Positions 37,900-48,567 of a DNA stretch of 64,000 bases are shown piece after piece. Origin of the DNA: Bugula neritina (taxonomy: Eukaryota > Animalia > Bryozoa); NCBI GenBank assembly GCA_964035545.1, contig OZ037767.1:10488581-10552580 (forward strand). The letters run 5' to 3'. Below the pieces are notes generated by a model. It was given only the letters and a program-made list of their open reading frames with translations. It was not told the origin of the DNA and ran no database searches. A program made the translations under genes and the position numbers. The first letter of the stretch is position 1. Every line of letters begins with the position of its first letter.

Positions 37900-39852
37900 T
37901 TACAGGGCAGAGCTAGGTGTGGGAACAGATGGAGAGATGGAAGAAGCTGTAGAAAGAGATTCCTGTGATTGATTGTAAATGGCGTCTGGTGTATGTTTAT
38001 TTTGATATTGATGATTCTGTGATAACAAACTAATGACCGTGGAAAGTATTTGTTGATTTGATGACTGAATTCTCTTCATTGCTTCGTCTAAGTACAATTT
38101 CATATCTTGATAGCATTGCTGTTGCATTTCACAATAATAAACAAACTGTGACAATTGATTATAAGGAATGCTGTCAGTCGTGTAGGTGAGAGGGTGAGAA
38201 GAGCTGCCACCAAATGGATCTCGTCCTGGTGTGTCTGGTCCTGTAAAACATAGCATAAATGCTAATAAATTATTCACATAATGCCAATACCTACTAATCA
38301 GAAACTCCTGGTGCTAGTGGAAAAGAGACAAGTTCTTTTACACCAAGGCAATACAATGGAGATGAAAGAAGTAAAATAATTAGTTTATGTTTTGTTTATG
38401 TCAATAAATCAAACAATAATAAACATACTGCTTTGTTTGATGTTTAAGTAACTGATGATTTTAATTACTTGGTTATTTGACAGGATGTTGATTCAGATGG
38501 GTGGGAGCTACTAGCTGTTATAGTTGGTTTCAAACCCAGTGCCAGCAAGAATTTTTTAAAGTTTTATTGAAATAAATATTTTCTATATTCCACTTTACTG
38601 AAGTGTTCGTTGACAAAAAGGCTATATTTTGTTACTTAGACTCTAAGTGCAATGTGCTGAAATTTGTATACTTGGCATGTAGTTCACATGAACTAGTTTT
38701 ATATAAACAAACAATAGCACATTGTAACAAATGACTTCCGGCTCAAAGTACAGAAAAATAAGAATACAACTCCTCAAATTGATGCTCACCCAAATAGTAA
38801 AAGCTTGGAGGAGATAACTCTTCTTGAAAATAAGTTGACTCTCCATTGATCCCTGCAGAGTTCTACAACAAAAAGCCTATTGTGTAATTTTACTAGACAT
38901 CATTATTATAACATACAAATGGGGCTGATGTGCAGATATCCAGATACCAGAGAAAATAATTTCTCTTCAACTTATAAAGGACAGACAACTCCTAAAGTAA
39001 TAAAAATATTATTTGTCAGATTGTTAAAATTTACATTGTGAATTCGCTAAACAATGCAATAAAACACGGATTACTAAAAGGATAGCGAAAAAATTCTGTT
39101 GTCAAACTAGTAAAAAGGACAATGATATATCTAGGAATAATTGGAGTTACTGTTATTTGGAAAGACAACTACTAACATGAAGGTTATTTTATTAGAATTT
39201 GACAGTTAAGAAGGAGGCTAAACTCAGCTCTCAGACATGGTATCAAAAGTAAAAATAATTATATAAAAATATGTCTATATTTTACTACTAAAATTGCTAT
39301 AGCTTTACAAAAGATGTAATTATGAAAAATGAAAAGCACTCTTTAAAAAATATTCTTTCTTATTCTTTAGTAAATTACAAGCTGGTTGTTTTTATATTCT
39401 AAAAATTCTAAACGGTACAGTTACAGGAGCAAATCAGAACAAAGGAGAGCATCAAAATATAACTTTCCTGCTTCTTAGAATTGATATTAAACTGTAACTT
39501 AGAATTAGCAGCTAGGAGACCGACAGCTTTGACTTGAAAAAAATTTGTTATAATGTTTAGTTCTAATGTAGCCACTTTAGTTTAATACCTCAGTTATATT
39601 GCAGCTGTTGCTGTATTGCTGACGTACATGTATACTGCTGACACTGTCACTGCTGCCTTTGTGCTTGCAACTGTTTCTATGGCTGTCTGGAGACAGCAAC
39701 GCATCTATAGAGAAAGCAGTAGCGTTGACTGATAGCCCCAGGTCATGCTTAGTCTCCTGGGTTGAGCTGAGGGACGCGTCTCTCTTCTCCTGCTTTCGTT
39801 GTTTCTTGGAGCTGACAACTCCAGATGATAGTTTTCTTTTCATTTGCTGCAT
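37900..39852 (-). CDS. T-box-less eh1-motif protein, about 225 aa (probable truncated Tbx20 tandem paralog); exons 39589-39852, 38790-38862, 37900-38240; 5' UTR exon with donor at about 41320
   Basis: Exon 1 has a basic NLS-like stretch KRKLSSGVVSSKKQRKQEKR and LSVNATAFSIDALLSP (eh1). It is followed by a 73-nt phase 0-to-1 exon (tag|AAC...TTGG|gtgagc) and a phase-1 terminal exon open for 112 codons to TAA, with a possible coiled coil (YQDMKLYLDEAMKRIQSSNQQILSTVISLL). No T-box exons were seen between 34000 and 39600. Confidence 0.65.
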
Positions 39853-40910
39853 TCTACAATCAAACAACATTTAGAAAGTAGATCTAAACTATAGTACACA
39901 TACTTAATTTGGAATAAAATATAAACTAATACATAATATTTACTTATATTAAGCTATAGCCGCTTAATAATGTTGGTATGGGAAGAATTAGGATATGTTA
40001 AATCATTTGGCTCAAGCTATTGCAGCTGCTAACTGTGAGACAAGCATTTATTGATTGACACCAAATCAATAAATAATAATATATTAATATATTAATTTTT
40101 TTTAGATCCCTGTTATAAGATCAGTAAAGTTTGCCAAAGGTACCGTATCTCACAGGCCTACAGGCAAATGAATCACACAAAGACATGGTAATAATAAGCA
40201 GGTGTGAAATAGTTTTGGCAAGAAATCACAACAAATAAGATAACCTAAATTCTTATTAATTATAAATTGATTCAATTATTTTAAACATCACATTAAAAAA
40301 TGTAGCTAATTTTAGGATAAAATATAGCCAAATATATGTTATAAACATTTATATTATGGCCAAAATGGGTCTCATTGATGATTTCCAGTGAAATGCCAGA
40401 TGAAAAAGCAAAATTTAAATTTATTATACAATATTGCAAAGGTAATGAAATTAGCTTCATCATAAAGGGATTTAAATTATTTATTTGTAGAAACTATACT
40501 ATTTAATAAACAAAAGTGCATTACTATACTATTAAAAAGCTTTAATGATATATAGTATTACTTGAACATCGTGTAGTATTACTCTGATATAAAACCATAT
40601 TATTCTGATGCTATTATATACAGTATTACACGAATAATACAAAGCATTTTCTTCTAATGCTTATTTGTTAAAACTGTAGCTCAAGATAGTCAAGTGAAAC
40701 TTTAGCTGCTGACCAAGTTGTTGATTCAAACTGATATAATATCATTCATGTACTTTCCTTTACTTACTCCATAGTAGATATATTATATAACAAACTCTCT
40801 AGAATATATTGATCTATGTACACGTTATTGACAGCATACTCTACACAATACCTACAGTATGATCTATAAATACATTTTATATACAGCATTTCATACATAA
40901 ATTCTCTCTA

Positions 40911-41272
40911 ATATGCTCTACACTTTATCTACAATATATTCTACACTTCATCTACGATATATTCTACACTTTATTTACAATATATTCTACACTTTATCTA
41001 CAGTATATTCTACACTTCATCTACAATATATTCTACACTTCATCTACAGTATATTCTACACTTTATCTACAATATATTCTACACTTTATCTACAATATAT
41101 TCTACACTTTATCTACAGTATATTCTACACTTTATCTACAGTATATTCTACACTTTATCTACAATATATTCTACACTTTATCTATAGTATATTCTACACT
41201 TTATCTACAGTATATTCTACACTTTATCTATAGTATATTCTGCACTTTATCTACAGTATATTCTGCACTTTA
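40911..41272. repeat. Minisatellite, 23-bp unit ATATTCTACACTTTATCTACA(G/A)T (about 15 copies)
   Basis: Directly visible tandem array about 50 bp inside the intron from the 41320 donor. Confidence 0.95.
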
Positions 41273-41546
41273 TAATCTACCACATAGACTAATAATAACA
41301 TCACACACTAACTTCCTTACCTGTCATCAGATTTAGTTGCATTAATGAACAGCTCTCTAAACGCCACACTAACTTATATCCCGGAAGAGGCAGCACCTTT
41401 CATCATCTGGCTTCATCAGCCAATAATATTGTGAGCTGACCTCTCTTCAGCTCTCTTCATATGAGAATAAATATTAACCATTAGTAATTTCAACTGCCTG
41501 CAATGTTTTAAGAATCTTTTAATTTAATTCTACCTCAAGCTGTATG

Positions 41547-41580
41547 CTGATTGGTTGTTGGTACCTGAAAGGTGATTGGC
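41547..41580 (-). promoter_or_regulatory. Pair of CCAAT boxes upstream of the eh1 gene first exon
   Basis: CCAATCAG (41554-41547) and GCCAATCAC (41580-41572), about 230-260 bp upstream of the first-exon donor. Confidence 0.3.
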
Positions 41581-43454
41581 TGCTCTGGATAGTGTTGGCT
41601 TCAATGGATAGCATACTTATGAGCTTTATCAAAGCTTATGAAAATAATATATGTAATACTAGTTCAACATAACTGATAAGTGTATAAATATTTAGATGAT
41701 GTTATCGTTATACTAATTTATGTGACATAAAACTGTCCTTGAAAATAGGCTTCAGAATCTGAGAAATATTATGCTTACCTGAGGTGAGATTAAACAAGCT
41801 CTGAGCCCTGAGGTATAATTACTTTCAGCACTGCAATTTTGTAGCATCGAAATGTTACTATTCAAAATTAATTCCTGGTATGGTAGCTAAACAGCACACT
41901 ACAGATATGAATTATCATACTTTCTAAGATTAACAATTTCCGAGTGCGAATATACTCACAGAACTGTTTCCTGTTACTGCTACTGCACTTTAGCTCATTT
42001 GTGTCGTTGTTAAGATTGCAATCGCTACTAGCTGCTATTGTACCTATATCTAAACAGACAGCATGTTGTAAACAGACATGCTTATTTTGTTGTTGTAGCA
42101 CTTTTGTTTTGGACGCAGTAGCTAGGATCTGACTTTTTATCCTCAACTGGTGCCAGGTTGTTTAATATTTGAAAGGAGGCACTTATGTATTTGAATGAGG
42201 CAGTCATGTTGTGCAGTTAGCTTTGAGAAGAATTGATGAAGTACCAGAGCACCTTGCAGAAACCTGTAGAATGTATTCGAGAGGTGTCATGTTATGATTG
42301 TACTCTACAGTGCAAGTAAATATAACATCATCACTTATGCTATTCACTAAATTAATTTTAAAAATCACATTTATTTTTAGCATTTTTTAGTCTTTTTCAT
42401 TCTAGTTATATTATGTTTAAATATTATATTATGGTATACTATAATATATTTTATTATGTTATACTATGTATTGCATTATGTTATATTATCTTATGTTATA
42501 TTATATTATATATGATTTCTATGACACATTATATTATATATGATTTCTATGATACATATAGCTTATACCCTGGGTTGACTGACAGCATTGTACTGTATGA
42601 TTTAGTTTCATATATTAAAATATAATTTATGGCACAATGCCATTGAGCATAGGTTGAAATAAAATATTTCATTTTACCAAATTGGACATATCTTTTGGAG
42701 TATAACAGTAATTATGTGTATTTACATGCAGCAGAATATTAAAATTAACCACAAATTAATATGTAACAAGGCCACACGAGTGAATAAATGTATTTGAGGT
42801 TAGAAAGGGATCCCTAAAAGTCTAGCCTACTTCACAATCATTCAAGAAGCTTCTTTAGAAAAGTTAGCAACAAATACTTCTAATTAAGGCAATTATATAG
42901 ATTGATTTGCTGGTCTTTACAATTCACTGCGCAGTCTGACTCTCAGTTTCAACCACTAATTCACCATTTACCTTGAAATACTTGACTTCAAGGCATTTCA
43001 ATTTCTAGCTTTAACACAAGCAGTGGTAAGTTTTACAATACTTTAAACAATGGAATTTCTGTAATCATATAACACAATTATATACTTGAAGTTTAATCGT
43101 TTGTGAACAGATATTTTTTGTACAACTTAATTGGATAGTGTAGTCTCTGCATTTCGCATTAATAGACTTAAGTTTAAAACCAGTCAATTTTCCTGCGTTT
43201 AAGAATTTTTACTTTTAGAGTAATTATATTATTTTAATTGCTGCGGAATGAAAACAAAACACGTGAAAAGCTACATTTTGCAAACAAATTTTCATAGTAA
43301 GCTTTATAGTGGTTCTGTTACTTTTCACAAACTTAACTGAATAGTAGCCTATACATACTAAATAAAACTTTTTAGTTTAAATTTTATAACTTTTGTATGC
43401 AATGGCAGTTCAGGAGTAATGTTTCAACAGAAAATGTAAGTTGATGCTGTAATA

Positions 43455-43800
43455 CAGGGCTGTCCAGCAGGCAGTTTCAGTTTCAGAGCCAGATGTGGCC
43501 TCCAGCCTACATGTATGTGGCCCCTAAAGGCATTACAAACAAAAAAAGTTAGTACAAAGATATGATTTAGAGTTAAAAACCCTCTTTTAAATGTCTTATT
43601 TATATGCAGGCTACAAAATATGTAGCCTGCAGTAATTATTGCAGGACTTCATTGTGTAATGATACATAGAAATTTGGAACAAAGTAAATTCAAAAATACT
43701 GATGCGGTAGCCCCAGCTCAAGCTAAATCTCTCAAAGTGGCTCTCGCCACGGAACATTCCATCTTAGTGGATCTCGCTCTAAAAAAGTTGGACATCCCTG
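43455..43800. mobile_element. hAT (Charlie/MER58-like) MITE
   Basis: TIRs CAGGGCTGTCCA / TGGACATCCCTG, subterminal GTGGCC/GTGGCT motifs, and an imperfect 8-bp TSD CTGTAATA vs CTATAAAA. Confidence 0.75.
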
Positions 43801-45221
43801 CTATAAAAAGTCTCCAGTATCAGTCAAGCTCAAAAGGGATACACTTAGGAAGTTCAAGTTTTAATTAAGTAGCTTCAAATTTAGTGGACAAGCAAATTTA
43901 TAAAAATATACTAGAAGTTGGAAAGGAAAACAGGTCTTGGGTTTTGATTGTTTCATCTCTTCTTTCCATTAAATGTTGCAAATAAATACAATGCTCCCTC
44001 CATATCTCACTGATCCCTGTCTCATGAAATCCCATAGATCACAAGAAGGTTTTATACCCCTGCTTTGTGGCTTGTGTGTGTGTATACAGAGACATAGTGG
44101 CCAAATTTAACATAGGACACAGCAGCACATTATTGGTTGATTAAACACAGAGATGGCACTATTTTGATAATAAACAACCACATTAAAAAATGTCTAGTCC
44201 ATGAAAACTTTGTCTTCTAAAATTAAAAAAAAAAACAACTGCAAGCAACTTCCAAGCCTGTGTTTTATGTATATCTATGGTTTCTAGAATTTCATAAGAC
44301 AGTTAATGCTCATGCAAGTGCCATTTTCTTTTTGTTTTAAAACCATACTGATTAACTTAGTAGTGACGGAAATGAGCAAAGGTTTCAATCTTTAATCATT
44401 TTTCAGTTTTGTAGCAATGCAAAGCTTCGAAAGCTAGAAACCTGGGTAGAAAAGGGTTTTCAAGCAAGCTAGCCATGCTTTCTATTGTGGCAATGGAGCA
44501 ATTGTGACCTAATTACATGCTTAACTGCATCACCAGTGACCTTTACTAAAATTTGAAATTCTCATCTTATGTTTGCTAATTAATCAGTGCTCTAACTTTT
44601 AGAATTTAGACTATAGCTGCAGTATAATAATTCTGCAGTAAATGTATTATTGTAAGTATTTTGTTAGTTGTATTGTGTTGCTTATAGTGCAGTAAAAACG
44701 AACACTTTACATGACAACCCATAAACTTGATGGTCAAATCTGCCAAAAAAATCTGACTATATATAGCCAAATATATAATATATATCCTTTTGTATTACTA
44801 TATTTTAATTGCTGCATGTCCTATTGTTATATATATTATATTTGAAGTACATTGAAAACTGGCATTGCTTTTAGTCTGGAAAAGATTAGGTGATGATTAG
44901 TCATCGCTAATTGCAGAACGGAAAATACTTAGCTAATAAAAAATTGTTTCTTTCAGCTTTATTTGGATGAGTATAATCCTGATTCTACTTAATGTTTTGG
45001 CAATATTTTTAAAACTTTTGTTATCATTTTGTTGTGATACATAATAATTGTCTATAAAATTACTGCTTAACTTCATGTTATTGATTTATATCGCATAGGA
45101 AAGGTTAAATGTAGATGCAGGTCCATGATTAACTATACTCACATAACTGTTATAACACAATAATATCCGTATATTAAGTAATGCAGTTGCTATGTAGGGG
45201 GGGGGGGGAGGGGTATTTTAG

Positions 45222-45325
45222 AAGAGTGTAGCTGATAAGTGTATAAAAGGAGTTGTAGCTGGGAGCTTAGCTGGGGTGTAACTGAAGGGGTTTAGCTGAA
45301 GAGTGTAGCTGAAGGGGTGTAGCTC
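45222..45325. repeat. Degenerate ~15-bp tandem repeat GAAG(G/A)GTGTAGCT
   Basis: Several imperfect copies visible. Confidence 0.65.
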
Positions 45326-45974
45326 ATATATGAGTCGAAATTACAATTTTGTCAAATAATACTAATTCTTGCATCACCATCTCAACATAAGAAGTTGTTT
45401 GATATAAGCCCTACTTAAGTAAGAGTCTACATTACCACAGCTAGAGTGATAGATTATCCAAGCAAGATGACTAAATCAATATTGCTAGCAACAATTGCTA
45501 ATTTCCTTTAATTAACACCTTCCTTATTCTAATCACAAAAAAACGACACAGATATGATAAAATTTGAATTTTAAAATAAAAATAGTTTTTAATGTTAGAC
45601 TAAATTGTTCAGAGTTGTCTTCACTTCTTCACAAAACAAAAGTAAAGCAACTTTACATAGATGGCCGAGAGATGCCTAACATGTGTTTAGATTCAGAAGC
45701 TTGATAGTTAAGCAAGCAGCAGGTGAACAACACAAACAGTATTAGTTATAGAACTGAAAAAAATAAACTATGCTTTTTGTGCCTAAATTTAAATATATTA
45801 AAGCGTAACACTATAATACACATAATACTAATATACACTTTTTATGTCATCCAATTTTATCATAATTATAAAATTAATTTGATAACCATAAAGTTTTTTG
45901 CTTTTGAATGCCATTGTCTAGACTCTAGACTCTAAGCTATATTGAGCATGCACGCATGCACTAGACATACTGGT

Positions 45975-46331
45975 TGCTTTGTGTTAACTTCAGCTAGATA
46001 AGCCTGATTAAACTAGTGCGAATTTCTTGATGATGATTTCTTGATTTTACTTTGTGTCTATTAAACACTGTTTGATTAACTAAAATAGTTTCAACTTTGC
46101 TTGCAGTGCACTTTGACTCAATTTACAAAATTGAAGGTTGCAGAGTATAATAAATAGCATAGAAAAAGTACAGGGTAGAGTATGTATTTTTGCGTTGAAT
46201 TGGTTTCGAGTGCACAATTTCTGTACAGATGTTCTGTATTTTGATTTGTTACGTTTTTGTGTCTGGCTTAGATTACAGTTTAGAAGATGTCAAACTTTAT
46301 TTAAAACATCTCCTAAGACTAAAGCTTAGTA
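45975..46331 (+). pseudogene. Inverted partial duplicate of an intron plus exon start of the Sec14-domain gene
   Basis: TTAGATTACAGTTTAGAAGATGTCAAACTTTATTTAAAACATCTCCTAAGACTAA (DYSLEDVKLYLKHLLRLK) and the preceding intron-like sequence match the reverse complement of about 51082-51465. Confidence 0.8.
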
Positions 46332-46594
46332 CAAAGGCATACAGCTAGTGTATGGAAGACCACAGCACTAAAGATGGCTATTTGATGCATAAGACTTCAT
46401 GAATAATGTGAACCACCTTTTGGCTATTTATAGCATTATGTTTTTATAGGCAGTTTTTTGTTGGATGAAAAAATAATATAATTTAATTGCATATAATATG
46501 ACATATTGATGTTTTTCTAATTACAATGAGGAATATATAAGTTATATGAATTAACATATTGCAGATCCAATTGGCTTCTAACTTGATTCTCCTA

Positions 46595-47583
46595 ATATGA
46601 ACTATGCAGTCAGGAGGAGACAATATGTGTAGCACTAGTATGAGTTTGGCAATATGAGCACCATAAATATAGCAGCACCAGCAAAAGGGGTGATAACAAA
46701 AACAACAAAGTGTTTCTTTACACTTATACAAATTACCTGCAAAGGCAAATGACATAATAATGCTCCAATATGATGGTACGAATTTGCATCCACATCACTC
46801 TGCTTTCTAACTTTTGATTGCATGGAATTTTTAACTGGATTATTTATCTTCTCTTGCTATTGCATGCATAAAGAGGGCACAACTCTATTTAAGTAAATCT
46901 AGCTGCATAAATATTGTAAATATTATAATGCATTCTTAAGTACAAAAAAAGTATGCATGTGAGAGAAAGAGTGAATTGTTCTGATCAGCATATGGAACTT
47001 TTGTATATGGATATATAGAAAAAGCTTGATAGAATGTGTTAGGGTGTGCTAGCCCAGGATCTTAAACGACAGAGCACCACCAAACAAATACCCTAACCCG
47101 GAGTCCTAACTTTCCACTACAGATTGACAGGAGCTAGAGTTATCTCGCATATAGGCCAAGCAACCCGTCTCAAAGGACCAACCCCGTCCAGCTAACTTAT
47201 AAGCTGCAGCATAAAATTATTCGGTAAGCTCAGAATTAACTCTAAAACTGCGATTTCAATATAACACTTTTAGTTCATACTTGCTGTGACACATCTGCGA
47301 ATCTGAAAATATTTGCAACATGCAAATATATTCGGTTATGGTTCGGCTCATTCTAATACGTCAATGATACATTATTCTATTATAAGTTACTTGTACTGTT
47401 TTAGCAAGTTTTTAATAACTTATGGCCTTCATTTGCTTTATTTTTGTCAAAATAGTGTATTTACTATATGACAGCAACATATACTAACAGTTATATCTAT
47501 TTTTATTCCTGTAACGGGTGCTGCTATAGCTATATAAGCTCTTATTGCTATACAAATTATCTCCTCCTGACTGAATAGTCCAC
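46595..47583. mobile_element. Old element bounded by degenerate ~80-bp inverted repeats
   Basis: ACTATGCAGTCAGGAGGAGACAATATGTGTAGCA...TATAGCAGCACC (about 46600-46679) matches the reverse complement of about 47517-47579 (ACTATTCAGTCAGGAGGAGATAATTTGTATAGCA...TATAGCAGCACC). Confidence 0.5.
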
Positions 47584-48567
47584 AATCTTGGACAGCTTTT
47601 TCAACACATTTTTACCTTCAATTGATTTGCCTACTTGACCCCAATCATAACTTTTATTAAACTTTTTAGCGAGTTTAAATCAGTGAAGAAAAAATATGAA
47701 AGACTCAGAGTGGCTTCCATGTTTAGCATTTTCAGCAGGAAATGACATCATCAAATTTCTTGCAAGTCCTGCATGTTGTATTATATTGTTTTTATTATAC
47801 ACGTTATCACTACATGTCAAAAGAATTATAACCAACTTCTTATTAGCAGACATAAAGTTTGCGGTTTCTAAAAATAAAACACCATATATCAAATAAAAGT
47901 GTTGGAAGTTACTTTATCAAAAAACTTGGATACTTTTTTATATAACATACTTTCAATAAGACTAGGTATATATATTATTTACTTGGGATAACTAAATAAA
48001 GCAATATTTGGATTTACAATGATTTGCTTCATGTACTTAATATATTGCGCTCTTGCTGTAACTGATCCAGTTCTAATACATATTTTTAAAAGTTAAACCA
48101 AAAAGAAAGACGCCCTGGAGTTGAAACTATTGATGACATTGCCATCGTCATCTTCTTCTATTTTATACACATGGTTCAGTCTTTCCTCCATAGTACTAGC
48201 TATCCCAGCTTTAAACTTCACTGTGCGTTTATGTCTAGCACCATTACTGGTGAAAGCCATGCTATCTACAAGTAAATCAACTTGTATTAACATACAGTCT
48301 CTTGCTTTATGCTTGCGTTTTAGCAGATAAAATGGGAATACAATTTAAATATATCTTTACCGGCTAGCAATTCAATTGTGAATAAGTATACAAGAAACAT
48401 TTTGTTTTTATTACTTTATTAAACAAAGTAAACTACTATTAATACAATTTAACATTCAACTTGGCCGATCTATCCTAGCCAGAATAATTTCAAGATATAT
48501 CTAACTTTGTACTCATAGCATTTGAATTTTTAACTGTTACAATATGATATCAAAAGATCAGCTCACA

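Noticed and set aside
38291-38514. Two additional exon-like segments (46 nt and 23 nt) within the eh1 gene
   Set aside because: Including them introduces a stop or frameshift; the 38790/38240 junction is already in frame.
40200-40209. T-box half-site AGGTGTGAAA in intron 1 of the eh1 gene
   Set aside because: A single short site is expected by chance in 64 kb (another AGGTGTGA lies near 11733); it needs conservation or ChIP support.
40913-41233. 106-aa ORF and CRISPR-like regular repeats
   Set aside because: A 23-bp tandem repeat with no unique spacers, in eukaryotic intron context.
41392-41421. Minus-strand CTGATGAAGCCAGATGATGAAAGGT hammerhead-like motif
   Set aside because: Stem II does not pair and there is no convincing cleavage triplet or stem I.
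41770-42290. Plus-strand exon-like pieces divergent from the eh1 gene promoter
   Set aside because: The candidate exon at about 42099-42156 has stops in all frames; a lncRNA cannot be supported without transcript data.
47680-48330. Short minus-strand ORFs (including KIEEDDDG) downstream of the Sec14 gene
   Set aside because: No splice chain or family motif could be established; possibly a TE remnant.
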